Assembly (NCBI GenBank): GCA_964645445.1
Contig: CAZXZX010000081.1
Coordinates: 1 to 54,987 of the forward strand
Length of the DNA stretch: 54,987 nucleotides
Source: an uncultured Gaiellales bacterium
GTDB taxonomy: Bacteria > Actinomycetota > Thermoleophilia > Gaiellales > Gaiellaceae
Direction: 5' to 3'
Below the pieces are notes generated by a model. It worked only from the letters and a program-made list of their open reading frames with translations. It did no database searches and was not told the DNA's origin. How positions within the stretch are numbered: the first letter of the stretch is position 1; each line of letters starts with the position of its first letter. Below are positions 44,144 through 54,987 of this stretch, one piece after another. A program made the translations under genes and the position numbers.

Positions 44144-45965
44144 CGGTCTTCGCCAGATTGCGCGGCTGGTCGACGTTGAGGCCGCGGAGCCGGGCTATGC
44201 GGTAGGCGAGCAGCTGGAGCGGGACGACCGCGAGCACGGCCTGGAGGAACGCAGGCGTTCGCGGGACGAAGATGACGTCGTCGGCGTGGTGTTGGATGTC
44301 CTCGTTGCCCTCGGTGGCGATCGCGATCACGTGCGCGCCGCGGGCACGGGTCTCCTGGATGTTGGAGACGATCTTGTCGTACACGTGGATGTTCGTCGCG
44401 ACGACGACGACGGGTGTGCCCTCGTCGAGCAGCGCGATCGGCCCGTGTTTCATCTCGCCTGCCGAATACGCGTCAGTAGGGATGTACGAGATCTCCTTCA
44501 GCTTGAGCGCGCCTTCGAGCGCGACCGGCAGCCCGATGTGGCGGCCGAGGTAGAGGAAGAACGGCTTCTCGTAGAACCGCTGCGCGATGGCGTCGATCTG
44601 ATGGCGGCCGCCGTCGACGTCGTCGAGGAACGTCTGGATCTTGTCCGGCAGCTCGTGCAGGCGGTCGAGGATGAACTCGACCTCGTCCGCAGGCAACGTC
44701 TTGCGGATCTGCGCCAGCTTCAACGCGATCAGACATAGCAGCGCAACCTGCGCGGTGAACGTCTTGGACGCCGCGACGCCGACCTCGAGCCCGCAGCGCG
44801 TGTAGATCGACGACTCCGCCTCGCGCGTGATCTGCGTCCCCATCAGGTTCGTGATCGCGAGCGTGCGCGCACCCGACTCGCGCGCGAGCTTGACGGCGTT
44901 CACCGTGTCGCGCGTCTCGCCCGACTGCGAAATGCCGATGACGAGCGTGTCCTTCGACAGCACCGGGTTGCGGTAGATCCACTCACTCGCGATGTCCGGC
45001 TCGACGGGGACGCGCGCCCACTCTTCGATGACATAGCGGCCGACGACGCCGGCGTGGTACGCCGTGCCGCAGGCGACGAGAACGACGCGGCGCAGGTTCT
45101 GGATCTCGAGCTCGGTCATCCCGAGCGCCTCGAGGACGAGGCTGTGACCGCGGACCCGGTCGCCGATCGTCTCGCCTACGGCCTCGGGTTGCTCGTAGAT
45201 CTCCTTCAGCATGAAGGTCTCGTAGCCGCCCTTCTCGGCGACCTCCTGGTCCCACGAGATCTCCTCCGCCGTGCGCTCGACCTCGGCGCCGTCCACGAAG
45301 AAACGGGCGCCGGCCGGGGTTATCTCGACGATCTCTCCGTCGAGTGGGAAGTACGCGCGCCGTGTCTCGCTCAGGAAGGCCGCCACCGACGACGCGATGA
45401 ACATCTCGCCCTCGCCCATGCCGATCACGAGCGGCGTCTGGTGCCGTACGCCGGCCAGCAAGTCGGGATGGTCGTGATGGATCGCAACGATCGAGAAGTG
45501 GCCCTCGAGCTGTGGGTACACCCGCATAAGTGCGTCCGTGAGGTCGCCGTCGTACTCGCGCTCGAGAAGGTGCACGACCACCTCGGCGTCCGTCTCGGAT
45601 GTGAACCGGTGTCCGTCCGCCTCGAGCTGCCCCTTCAGCTCGCGGTAGTTCTCGACGATGCCGTTGAGGACGATCGCGAGCTTGGCCGCATCGCACCCCA
45701 CGAGCGGATGCGCGTTGCGCTCGGTGACACCGCCATGCGTCGCCCAGCGTGTGTGCCCGAGCCCGTGCCGCGACCTCGAGCCGTTGGGGCCGACCGCTTC
45801 GACGAGGTTCTGGAGATTGCCGACCGCGCGCACGTACTCGATGCGCTTCTCCTCGCGCAGCGCAATGCCCGCGGAGTCGTAGCCCCGGTACTCCAGGCGC
45901 TGAAGGCCCTGCAGCAACAGGGGCTTCGCCTCACGCTGTCCGACGTATCCGATGATTCCGCACAT
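44130..45965 (-). CDS. glmS: Glutamine--fructose-6-phosphate aminotransferase (isomerizing)
   Basis: MCGIIGYVG N-terminal nucleophile, two SIS domains, and a C-terminal …NLAKTVTVE. Confidence 0.96.
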   Translation of the reverse strand: MCGIIGYVGQREAKPLLLQGLQRLEYRGYDSAGIALREEKRIEYVRAVGNLQNLVEAVGPNGSRSRHGLGHTRWATHGGVTERNAHPLVGCDAAKLAIVLNGIVENYRELKGQLEADGHRFTSETDAEVVVHLLEREYDGDLTDALMRVYPQLEGHFSIVAIHHDHPDLLAGVRHQTPLVIGMGEGEMFIASSVAAFLSETRRAYFPLDGEIVEITPAGARFFVDGAEVERTAEEISWDQEVAEKGGYETFMLKEIYEQPEAVGETIGDRVRGHSLVLEALGMTELEIQNLRRVVLVACGTAYHAGVVGRYVIEEWARVPVEPDIASEWIYRNPVLSKDTLVIGISQSGETRDTVNAVKLARESGARTLAITNLMGTQITREAESSIYTRCGLEVGVAASKTFTAQVALLCLIALKLAQIRKTLPADEVEFILDRLHELPDKIQTFLDDVDGGRHQIDAIAQRFYEKPFFLYLGRHIGLPVALEGALKLKEISYIPTDAYSAGEMKHGPIALLDEGTPVVVVATNIHVYDKIVSNIQETRARGAHVIAIATEGNEDIQHHADDVIFVPRTPAFLQAVLAVVPLQLLAYRIARLRGLNVDQPRNLAKTVTVE

Positions 45966-46025
45966 ATCGCCTCAGAAAATGGAACGAGCCCGGCATCCAG
46001 ACCGGCCCGCGGCGTCGCGGAACGG

Positions 46026-47315
46026 TCAGCCGAGCTCTTCTCGAACGAGTTCGACGATCCTACCACAGAGGGCTTCCGACTCCGCCCTCGTCGCCGCCTC
46101 AGCGAGCACGCGCACGACGGGCTCAGTGCCCGACGGCCGCACGAGCACGCGCCCGTCGCCGTCGAGCTGGGCGTTCACGCGGTCGACCGCGTCGAGCAGC
46201 GATTGCGGTAGCGGCCCGCGGCCGGCGCGTGGCAGGTTCTTCTTCACCTGGGGATAGCGCGTCATGACGGACGCTGCTTCCGCCAGCGTCGTGCCGCGCA
46301 CTGCTTCGCACAGGAGCAGCGCGGCCGCGAGGCCGTCGCCGGTGACGTGCTCGCGTAACACGATGATGTGCCCCGACTGCTCGCCACCGAGCATTCCGCC
46401 CTCGCGGTAGAGCGCCTCGAGCACGTAGCGGTCACCGACGTCGGTCGTGACGACGCGGATGCCGCGCTCTTCCATCAGGCGGTGGAAACCGAGGTTGGCC
46501 ATCGTCGTCACCGCGACGAGGCCGACGCCGAGATGCAGAGCCAGGAGCGCGACGATCTGATCGCCGTCGACGATCTCGCCGGTCGCGTCGACCGCCAGCA
46601 TGCGGTCGCCGTCACCGTCGAACGCGACACCGAGGTCGAAGTCGCCGCTTGCGACGAGTCGTTGCAATTGAGCGAGATCAGTGGCGCCGCAGCCGACGTT
46701 GATGTTGTTGCCATCAGGCGCGTCGCAAATCGCCGTCACCGCCGCGCCGAGCTGCTCGAATGCACGCGGAGCGATTCCCGAGTACGCACCGTTCGCGCAG
46801 TCGACGGCGATGCGCATGCCGGAGAGGTCGCTTCCGAATCGCTCGAGCACGTGCTCGAGATAGCTGTCGACCGCGACGCCGACGCGATCGATCTCACCGC
46901 CGCCCGGCGCGCCCGCGTCGAGCAGCGCCTCGATCTCCTCTTCGACCGCGTCGCTCAGCTTGCGGCCGTCGCGGTCGAAGAACTTCACGCCGTTGTACTC
47001 GGGCGGGTTGTGCGAGGCGGAGATGACAACACCGAGGTCGAGGCGTAGCAGCGCGACGGCCGGCGTCGGGACGACGCCGGCGAGGACGGCGACGCCGCCG
47101 GCCGACGCGACGCCTCGCGCGAACGCTTCCTCGAGATCCTCGCCCGACGCGCGCGTGTCGCGGCCGATGAAGACGCGGCCGCGGCCCGACCAGAGTGCCG
47201 ACGCCTTGCCGAGTCGCTCCACGAGGTCGGTGGTGATGTACTCCCCCACGATCCCGCGCACTCCATCCGTGCCGAAAAGCTCCCGCGCCACGGCGGGTGA
47301 CTCTAGCGGTGCCAT
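46026..47315 (-). CDS. glmM: Phosphoglucosamine mutase
   Basis: ATG at 47313-47315. LFGTDGVRGIVGE and the active-site VVISASHNPPEYNGVKFF. Confidence 0.95.
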   Translation of the reverse strand: MAPLESPAVARELFGTDGVRGIVGEYITTDLVERLGKASALWSGRGRVFIGRDTRASGEDLEEAFARGVASAGGVAVLAGVVPTPAVALLRLDLGVVISASHNPPEYNGVKFFDRDGRKLSDAVEEEIEALLDAGAPGGGEIDRVGVAVDSYLEHVLERFGSDLSGMRIAVDCANGAYSGIAPRAFEQLGAAVTAICDAPDGNNINVGCGATDLAQLQRLVASGDFDLGVAFDGDGDRMLAVDATGEIVDGDQIVALLALHLGVGLVAVTTMANLGFHRLMEERGIRVVTTDVGDRYVLEALYREGGMLGGEQSGHIIVLREHVTGDGLAAALLLCEAVRGTTLAEAASVMTRYPQVKKNLPRAGRGPLPQSLLDAVDRVNAQLDGDGRVLVRPSGTEPVVRVLAEAATRAESEALCGRIVELVREELG

Positions 47316-47353
47316 GTGCAGCCTCCGATGACCGCCCCGAGGCGGGGCGAAAC

Positions 47354-47749
47354 CTAGCGCTTCGAGAACTGGGGCGCCTTGCGCGCCTTGTGCAGCCCGG
47401 CCTTCTTCCGCTCGACCTGGCGTGCATCGCGCGTGAGGTAACCCTCGCGCTTGAGGGGGACGCGAAGCTCCGGGTTGAGCTCGACGAGCGCACGAGCGAC
47501 CCCGTGGCGAACGGCGCCGGCCTGACCGGTGAGCCCGCCGCCGTGCACGCGCACGCGCAGGTCGTACTGGCCCTCGAGCCCGGCCGTGCGCAGCGGTGCA
47601 GTGGCGAGCGAGCGCCACACCGAGCGCGGGAAGTACTCGTCCAGCGTGCGGCCGTTCACCCAGGTGGCGCCGTCGCCGGGCCGGAGGATGACGCGCGCGA
47701 CCGAGGTCTTGCGCTTACCGGTGCCGCGGTACTGAGCGATCTGGCTCAA
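47354..47749 (-). CDS. rpsI: 30S ribosomal protein S9
   Basis: TTG start at 47747-47749 with GGAG 8 nt upstream. [14 protein letters not shown]…[19 protein letters not shown]… ending in KAPQFSKR. Confidence 0.95.
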   Translation of the reverse strand: MSQIAQYRGTGKRKTSVARVILRPGDGATWVNGRTLDEYFPRSVWRSLATAPLRTAGLEGQYDLRVRVHGGGLTGQAGAVRHGVARALVELNPELRVPLKREGYLTRDARQVERKKAGLHKARKAPQFSKR

Positions 47750-47750
47750 C

Positions 47751-48185
47751 TCAATTCTCCAATTCCAGAGGCTTGGGGTTCTGCGGGCCGTGCGGATGCT
47801 CGGGCCCTGCATAGATCTTCAGCTTCGTGATCTGCTGGCGGGCAAGTCGGTTCTTCGGCAGCATCCCCTTGACCGCGGTGCGCAGCACCTCCGTCGGCCG
47901 GCGGTCGAGCTGCTCGCGCAGCGTGCGCTCCTTCAGCCCGCCGGGATAGCCGGAGTGGCGGTAGTACTTCTTCTGGTCGAGCTTGTTGCCGGTCACATGG
48001 ATCTTCTCGGCGTTGACGACGACGACGAAGTCTCCGGTGTCGATGTGCGGCGCGAACTGCGGCTTCCGCTTGCCGCGGAGGGTGTCGGCGATCTGCGTGG
48101 CGAGCCGGCCCAGGGTCTTGCCCTGTGCGTCGACGAGATACCACTCGCGCGTGATCTCTCCGGGCTTGGGTGAGTACGTCTTCAT
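47751..48185 (-). CDS. rplM: 50S ribosomal protein L13
   Basis: [47 protein letters not shown]…[14 protein letters not shown]. Confidence 0.95.
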   Translation of the reverse strand: MKTYSPKPGEITREWYLVDAQGKTLGRLATQIADTLRGKRKPQFAPHIDTGDFVVVVNAEKIHVTGNKLDQKKYYRHSGYPGGLKERTLREQLDRRPTEVLRTAVKGMLPKNRLARQQITKLKIYAGPEHPHGPQNPKPLELEN

Positions 48186-48730
48186 AGGAAAACGGCGCGG
48201 CTGGCGCGCCGGGGCGGGATTGTAGCGAAATACGACCGCAATCCCTCTGCAAATGGGCCTGCCCCACCGTGAGACGGGTGCCGGACATATGGAGCATCGA
48301 GAACCGCCGCCGCCAGGCGACCGATCGCCACGACGCGCCTCCCCTGCGTGACGGACCGGAGGAAGGGGCGCGCGTCCTCCACCTCGGTCCGCGTCGGGGG
48401 CCGGTTCGAGGTCTCGGTGCCCGGATGGGTCGGGACGACGTTCCAGAGCAGCACCGTCTCGCCCAGGCAGAGCTCGGCGAGCACACGGTGGACGATCGTT
48501 GCGCTCGCCTCTGCCGGCCCGCAGCCGGTCAGCTGCCGCTCCGACGTGAAGGCGAGCCCGCTCACCCGCGCACCGCGATAGCCTGCCGCCTCCCCGACGA
48601 GGACGGTGTCGGCGCCGCCCCGCCCGTCGAGATAGGCGCGGAGCCGCTCGCGGCGAAGCTCCGAGCCGGCGTACTGGTTGTAGGTGAGCCCGATGCGCGC
48701 GGCAGCGAGCCGGTCTACCAGGTGTTCCAC
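48182..48730 (-). CDS. Uracil-DNA glycosylase superfamily protein
   Basis: [22 protein letters not shown] (motif A-like GEAxG…SGxxFT), LWNVVPTHP and VRHPSHGG (motif B-like). The GTG start at 48728-48730 overlaps the upstream gene by 16 nt. The stop overlaps the rplM start (ATGA). Confidence 0.72.
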   Translation of the reverse strand: MEHLVDRLAAARIGLTYNQYAGSELRRERLRAYLDGRGGADTVLVGEAAGYRGARVSGLAFTSERQLTGCGPAEASATIVHRVLAELCLGETVLLWNVVPTHPGTETSNRPPTRTEVEDARPFLRSVTQGRRVVAIGRLAAAVLDAPYVRHPSHGGAGPFAEGLRSYFATIPPRRASRAVFL

Positions 48731-49314
48731 CGCACCAGCTCGTCGAGCGCGCGGCGTCGCTGCGTCGCACGACTCGTCTTGCCGCTCCAGCCCGGGTCCG
48801 GCGCGCCGCGACCGATGGTGACACCTGCGACGATCCGCACGTCGTTGGGGATGCCGAGCAGTGCGCGCCACGCCGGATCCTGCTCCACCGGGACGCCGTA
48901 GACGCCGGCGGAGAGGCCTTCGTCCACCGCAGTGAGGAGGACGAGCATCAGCATCGCGCCCGCGTCGACGTACCAGAACGGGACGGGCCACTCGATCTCC
49001 TCGCCGTCCTGGAGCTTGTCGTCGCTCCGATAGCGCTCGTGGTAGTCGGCCTCGCGCGTGAGCACGAGCACGTGTGCGGGCGCGCTCGGGAACCACGGCT
49101 CCAGCTCGGGGTCGTCCGGGCGGCCGGCGAGGGCGGCCAGGTCCGCGAGGAGCCCGGGATCGTCGACGACGAGCAACCGCTGTCCCTGGCTGAAGCCGGC
49201 GCTCGGCGCGCGCTGCACCGTCGCCACGATGCGCTCGAGCGTCTCGCGTGGGATGGCCTCGCCCGTGTAGTGCCGAACCATGCGCCGCCGCTTGAGGATG
49301 TCCCTGAGGTCCAT
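48715..49314 (-). CDS. Nitroreductase family protein
   Basis: ATG at 49312-49314. [45 protein letters not shown]… is a nitroreductase fold. Confidence 0.8.
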   Translation of the reverse strand: MDLRDILKRRRMVRHYTGEAIPRETLERIVATVQRAPSAGFSQGQRLLVVDDPGLLADLAALAGRPDDPELEPWFPSAPAHVLVLTREADYHERYRSDDKLQDGEEIEWPVPFWYVDAGAMLMLVLLTAVDEGLSAGVYGVPVEQDPAWRALLGIPNDVRIVAGVTIGRGAPDPGWSGKTSRATQRRRALDELVRWNTW

Positions 49315-49700
49315 CAGGAATAGGAAATCAGCTCGAGGAGCGTTCCGTCCGGATCGCGGAAGTAGACGCTCGTGCCGTTCCCGCTTCCGCCGTTGCGCTT
49401 GGCAGGCCCGAGCTCGATCTCGACCCCGTGGGCGATGAGGTGCTTGACCGCCTCCTCCGCCGTCCCCTCCCATACGAAACAGAGGTCGCTGTTGCCGGGC
49501 CGCACCGGGTCGGCGGCGCGCGGAACCGGGCTGGAGCCGGGCCCGTGGACGTTCAGCTGCTGCCCGTTCTCGAGCCGGTACGCGTACCGTCCGCGCGGGA
49601 TCTCGACGACATCGACACCGAGCACGTCCGCGTAGAACCGGTTCGACCGCTCGTAGTCGGTGACCGCGATCACGACGTGATCGAGGCGCCCTACTCCCAT
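49314..49700 (-). CDS. VOC (glyoxalase/bleomycin-resistance/dioxygenase) family protein
   Basis: ATG at 49698-49700. [24 protein letters not shown]…[17 protein letters not shown]. The start overlaps the guaA 3' end by 10 nt, and the stop overlaps the next start by 1 nt (TGATG). Confidence 0.8.
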   Translation of the reverse strand: MGVGRLDHVVIAVTDYERSNRFYADVLGVDVVEIPRGRYAYRLENGQQLNVHGPGSSPVPRAADPVRPGNSDLCFVWEGTAEEAVKHLIAHGVEIELGPAKRNGGSGNGTSVYFRDPDGTLLELISYS

Positions 49701-51244
49701 TCGATCGTGGCTGGGGGCTTCGAGGTGACGTCGAGCACGACGCGGTTCACGCCGGGGATCTCGTTGACGATGCGGCTCGAGATCGCCTCGATCAGCTCGT
49801 AGGGAAGGCGGGCCCAATCGGCAGTCATCGCGTCGTCGCTCGTCACCGCGCGCAACACGATCGGATACCCGTACGTCCGCTCGTCCCCCTGCACGCCGAC
49901 CGAGCGGATCGCCGGCAGCACCGCGAACGACTGCCACAGGTCGCGGTACATCCCTGCGCGGCGCACTTCCTCTTGGAGGATCGCGTCCGCCTCGCGCAGG
50001 ATCTCGAGCCGCTCGGCGGTGACGTCGCCGATGATGCGGATCGCAAGGCCGGGCCCCGGGAACGGCTGCCGCCAGACCATGCGCTCCGGCATCCCGAGCT
50101 CCTCGCCGACGCGCCGCACCTCGTCCTTGAACAGCAGCCGTAGCGGCTCGACGAGCTTCATCTTCATGTCGTCGGGCAACCCTCCGACGTTGTGGTGCGA
50201 CTTGATGGTCGCCGCGACGCCCTCCGTGCCGCCCGACTCGATCACGTCGCTGTACAGCGTCCCCTGCACGAGCCACTTCACGTCGCCCGACTTCCGCGCT
50301 TCCTCCTCGAAGACGCGGATGAACTCGCGCCCGATGATCTTGCGCTTCTGCTCGGGATCCTCGACGGCGGCAAGCAGCTCGAGGAACCGTTCCTGTGCCT
50401 CGACGTGCACGAGGGGAACGTGGAAGTGCTCGTCGAACGTCTCCACCACCTGAGCTGCCTCGTCCTTCCGCAGCAGCCCGTGATCGACGAATACACAGGT
50501 GAGCTGGTCGCCGACGGCCTTGTGCACGAGCAGCGCGGCGACGGCGGAGTCGACGCCACCCGACAGCGCGCAGAGCACGCGGTCGTCGCCGACCTGCCTG
50601 CGGATTCGCTCGACCTGCTCTTCGATGACGGCGGCGGGCGTCCACGTCGCGCGCGCGCGAGCGACTACGAGCAGGAAATTCTTGAGCATCTCCATCCCGT
50701 GCTCGGTGTGCACGACTTCAGGATGGAATTGCACGCCGTAGAGCCCGCGCTCCGTGTCCTCGAACGCCGCCACCGGCGTTGAGCCGGAGCTCGCCGTCAC
50801 CGAAGCTCCTCCGGGGGCGGCCACGATCGTGTCTCGGTGGCTCATCCAGACGGCCTGTTCTTCCGGAAGGTCTCCGAATAGAGAACTACGCTCCACGCGG
50901 AGCGCGGTTCTCCCGAACTCGGAGACGCCGGTGCGGTCGACGCGTCCACCGAGGTCGAGCGCGAGCAGCTGCGCGCCGTAGCAGATGCCGAGCGTCGGGA
51001 TGCCGAGCTCGAACACCCGCGGGTCGACGTGCGGCGCCCCGTCCGCGTACACGGACGCGGGCCCGCCGCTGAGGATGAGTGCGTACGGGTTACGCGCGCG
51101 CACGGCCTCGGGCGAGATCGTGTGACCGACGAGCTCGGAGTACACGCGGCACTCGCGCACACGTCGCGCGATCAGCTGCGAGTACTGCCCGCCGAGGTCG
51201 ATGACCAGCACCGGCCGGTCCTCGGCGGCCGGAAACTGGATCAC
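49691..51244 (-). CDS. guaA: GMP synthase (glutamine-hydrolyzing)
   Basis: GATase domain ([10 protein letters not shown]), ATP-PPase P-loop ([12 protein letters not shown]) and the C-terminal …KPPATIEWE. Confidence 0.96.
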   Translation of the reverse strand: MIQFPAAEDRPVLVIDLGGQYSQLIARRVRECRVYSELVGHTISPEAVRARNPYALILSGGPASVYADGAPHVDPRVFELGIPTLGICYGAQLLALDLGGRVDRTGVSEFGRTALRVERSSLFGDLPEEQAVWMSHRDTIVAAPGGASVTASSGSTPVAAFEDTERGLYGVQFHPEVVHTEHGMEMLKNFLLVVARARATWTPAAVIEEQVERIRRQVGDDRVLCALSGGVDSAVAALLVHKAVGDQLTCVFVDHGLLRKDEAAQVVETFDEHFHVPLVHVEAQERFLELLAAVEDPEQKRKIIGREFIRVFEEEARKSGDVKWLVQGTLYSDVIESGGTEGVAATIKSHHNVGGLPDDMKMKLVEPLRLLFKDEVRRVGEELGMPERMVWRQPFPGPGLAIRIIGDVTAERLEILREADAILQEEVRRAGMYRDLWQSFAVLPAIRSVGVQGDERTYGYPIVLRAVTSDDAMTADWARLPYELIEAISSRIVNEIPGVNRVVLDVTSKPPATIEWE

Positions 51245-51254
51245 CTGCGACGGC

Positions 51255-52796
<1,542 letters not shown>

Positions 52797-52827
52797 TCAA
52801 ACACCCTCCTAACACCGGCGCGTTACC

Positions 52828-53964
52828 GTGCGATCGATGCGCATGCTGCTCGGCGCGATCGCTCTTGCGGCCTCGATCGTCCATCCGGCGGCGCGAACGG
52901 GACAGGTGCAGACGATCTTCACCGGTCCCGCGCACCGCACCATCGCCGCGTTCGCACAGGACGGCGGCCTCGTCGCCTGGTTCGCGCCGGGCTCGCGGCC
53001 GTGCAACGACGTGTGGCTCTGGCAGCTCGGGAGCGGCCAGGTGCACCTTCCGGCCGAGGGCTCGAAGTTCCGCAACGTCACCTGCGGCTGGCAGGTGCCT
53101 CCGGGATCACCCGTCGGCCTCGCCGTCGCGTCGAACGGAGGATCGCCGGCGCTGCTGTGGACGCTGCACGAGTCGGCCGCACAATCGCTTCGGTTCGACT
53201 ACGTGCTCGGAGCCACCGTGGCGGATCAGCGGGAGCGCCGCTTCCAGCAGGTCGCGCACGCGAGCCACGGTGCCGGCCTCTGGCTCGGCGGCGTCGCCGG
53301 CAACGGCACGACGCTCGTCTACGCCGTCGCACAGGTCGCATACAGGAACCAGGTCGACTGCCTGTCGACGCCGAAGGCGCCGGGCGCGTGCGACTTGAAG
53401 ATCGTCGGCGGCGGCATCTACCGCATCGTCGGGCGCAGGACCCCGGTGCCGGTCAGGGGCGCACGCGCAGCCGTCGCGGTGGCCGCGTCGGGCAGCAATG
53501 TCGCGTTCGTGCCTGCGGTTGGCACCTCGACGACGGATGGACATCCGCTCGCATCCCCGAACGTCCCGGTCGAGGTTCGCAATGTCCTCACCGGGTCACT
53601 CGTCGTGAGCGTCTCGCCGAGCGGAATGCCGGTCGCGATCGCCCTCTCGGGCGGCACGCTCGCGCTCCTCGGCCGTTCGGCCGGAAAGCTCGTCCTCAGC
53701 TGGTACGAGTTGCCGGCGGGGAGGCAGATCGGCACCCTGAAGTTGCCGCCTACGACCGCGCCGACCCTCTCGGTCGGCGATCGAACGATCGTGTTCCGCG
53801 TCGGCCGGTCGATCCGCGCGGTCGACGTGAAGACCAAGCGCGTCCGCACGATCGCGAGGGCCGCCGCCACGCCGGTCGGTCTGTCCATCGCCGGCAGGCG
53901 AGTGGCGTGGGCGGAGAACGTCGCCGGCCGCGCGCGGATCCGAGCGATCACGCTCGCACGGTGA
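52828..53964 (+). CDS. Secreted hypothetical protein, probable beta-propeller; ends at TGA 53962-53964
   Basis: Signal-like N-terminus MRSMRMLLGAIALAASIVHPAA, followed by repetitive beta-rich sequence with recurring …VAW/VAF… blades. I recognise no specific family. Confidence 0.6.
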   Translation: MRSMRMLLGAIALAASIVHPAARTGQVQTIFTGPAHRTIAAFAQDGGLVAWFAPGSRPCNDVWLWQLGSGQVHLPAEGSKFRNVTCGWQVPPGSPVGLAVASNGGSPALLWTLHESAAQSLRFDYVLGATVADQRERRFQQVAHASHGAGLWLGGVAGNGTTLVYAVAQVAYRNQVDCLSTPKAPGACDLKIVGGGIYRIVGRRTPVPVRGARAAVAVAASGSNVAFVPAVGTSTTDGHPLASPNVPVEVRNVLTGSLVVSVSPSGMPVAIALSGGTLALLGRSAGKLVLSWYELPAGRQIGTLKLPPTTAPTLSVGDRTIVFRVGRSIRAVDVKTKRVRTIARAAATPVGLSIAGRRVAWAENVAGRARIRAITLAR

Positions 53965-54162
53965 GGGCGCCCGTCGCGGCGCCTGCCTCTGTGGCGGCCC
54001 TCGGAGGCGGGAACGACGACCGTCCGCGTCGACGGCACCGGCCTGCGCCGGCTGCAGGCGAAGGACGCGTGGACGTTCGACCTCTACACGGTCCGCACGG
54101 ACGGCAGCGGCGTCAGACGCCTGACGTCGAACCTGGACGTCTCAAGCGCTGACTGGCGCTAG
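53965..54162 (+). other. Startless, coding-like in-frame continuation of the preceding ORF (PD40/TolB-like blade)
   Basis: It is in the same frame as 52828..53964, directly after its TGA. It spans 65 codons with GC-rich third positions and contains no in-frame ATG, GTG or TTG. The translation …TVRVDGTGLRRLQAKDAWTFDLYTVRTDGSGVRRLTSNLDVSSADWR resembles a PD40 repeat. Confidence 0.3.
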
Positions 54163-54987
54163 CTCTTCGAGCTTTACGTCAGCGGCGAGGCGGCTCGCCT
54201 CGCGCGGGTTGAACCGCCCTGCCCCCACCTCGAGCACGGACGCCGCGGCGCACCCGACCGCACTGCGCAGCGCGTCGTCGACCGGCTGGTCGTTGAATCG
54301 TGCGGCGAGGAAGCCGGCGAGCAAGACGTCACCGGCTCCGACCGACGCGACGGGCTCGATGCGTTCGATCGACGCCCGGAACCTGCGAACCGTCCGCTCC
54401 TCGCGCACGAGCGCGAAGCACGACGTCTCCTGTGTGATGAGCACATTGCGTGCGCCGAGATCGGCGATCGTGTCGAGCGCCATGAGGAAGTCCGCGTCGT
54501 CGGAGAACTCTTGGCCGACGAGGCTCTCAGCCTCACGCTGGTTCGGCGACACGAGGAACGGCTCGGCCTCGACGCCGTACCGCAGAGGCTCCCCCTCGCA
54601 GTCGACGACGGACGGCACGCCGCGCCGGTTGAGCTCGCGAATCGCCTCGGCATAGAAATCGTCGTCGACGTCGCGCGGCAGCGAGCCGGAGAAGACGACG
54701 AACGACGCGACACGCGACAGGTAGCGCAGCTTGTCGAGCAACATCTCCAGCTCTTCAGCGCGCACAGCGGGGCCCCACTCGTAGATCTCCGTCAGCGATC
54801 CGCCGGTCGGGTCGACGACCGCCGTCGACGTTCGCGACTCGTCGGAGATGCGGACGAAGTCGTTGAGGATCGCCTCGAGCGCAAGCTCCTCGACGATGCG
54901 CTCGCCGGTGCGACCGCCTGCGAGCCCCGTTGCGATCACCGGTGTCTCGAGCGATTTCAACGCGCGCGCGACGTTGACGCCTTTACC
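54142..54987 (-). CDS. PfkB family carbohydrate kinase, 1-phosphofructokinase/tagatose-6-P kinase-like (N-terminus beyond window end)
   Basis: The frame is open to the window end and begins GKGVNVARALKSLETPVIATGLAGG…. The C-terminal motif is VASVGAGDVLLAGFLAA (the GAGD anion hole of the PfkB family). Confidence 0.85.
   Translation of the reverse strand, partial: GKGVNVARALKSLETPVIATGLAGGRTGERIVEELALEAILNDFVRISDESRTSTAVVDPTGGSLTEIYEWGPAVRAEELEMLLDKLRYLSRVASFVVFSGSLPRDVDDDFYAEAIRELNRRGVPSVVDCEGEPLRYGVEAEPFLVSPNQREAESLVGQEFSDDADFLMALDTIADLGARNVLITQETSCFALVREERTVRRFRASIERIEPVASVGAGDVLLAGFLAARFNDQPVDDALRSAVGCAAASVLEVGAGRFNPREASRLAADVKLEELAPVSA

Noticed and set aside
45966-46025. glmS ribozyme upstream of glmS.
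   Set aside because: The spacer between glmM and glmS is only 60 bp and has no recognisable ribozyme core. glmS looks co-transcribed with glmM instead.

Overview
This window is a very GC-rich, gene-dense segment that is almost entirely housekeeping chromosome. G+C was not computed; by eye it is well above 65%. The source looks like an Actinomycetota-type bacterium, judged from gene content, frequent GTG/TTG starts and many 1-16 nt stop/start overlaps. Any finer placement (for example Thermoleophilia or Rubrobacteria-like) is inference only.

I can support about 68 protein genes and 6 tRNAs: Leu-UAG, Arg-UCG, His-GUG, Arg-UCU, Gly-UCC and Pro-UGG. I also call a few stable hairpins as terminator or operator candidates.

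Recognisable blocks are:
- tig-clpP-clpX
- an S9 peptidase and an M32 carboxypeptidase
- two convergent orphan ABC permeases
- a cyclophilin
- an MFS transporter fused to a cyclic-nucleotide-binding domain
- an S8 peptidase/GAF pair divergent from an ECF sigma factor
- a five-GAF histidine kinase with a receiver-only regulator
- ispH, ileS and trxA
- ridA-ybdK followed by a peroxiredoxin
- fabI, an HD-GYP protein, an SDR and a MarR regulator
- a methyltransferase with alr, nnr and acpS
- arfB
- a long minus-strand string, guaB-guaA-VOC-nitroreductase-UDG-rplM-rpsI-glmM-glmS
- a partial pfkB-family kinase at the right edge

I saw no rRNA, CRISPR array, transposase, integrase or phage genes. Most of the long ORFs in the supplied track that lie antisense to these genes are GC-driven shadow ORFs.

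The best lead is at 35513-35971. It is an AhpE-like 1-Cys peroxiredoxin whose peroxidatic Cys codon is an in-frame TGA at 35645-35647, followed by a 7-bp hairpin. This makes it a candidate selenocysteine peroxiredoxin that ORF callers split or truncate.

Secondary leads are:
- a second in-frame TGA at 53962, followed by a startless, coding-looking PD40-like extension
- a strongly SD-preceded acidic repeat microprotein at 17382-17531
- a translationally chained 33-codon membrane micro-ORF at 3275-3376
- an 865-bp gene-poor spacer next to tRNA-Arg that carries an 11-nt repeat of the tRNA 3' part
- an orphan terminator with a C7 loop in the 370-bp spacer upstream of ispH
- a cytoplasmic S8 protease/GAF module beside an ECF sigma factor

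Nothing here looks like a large accessory island.
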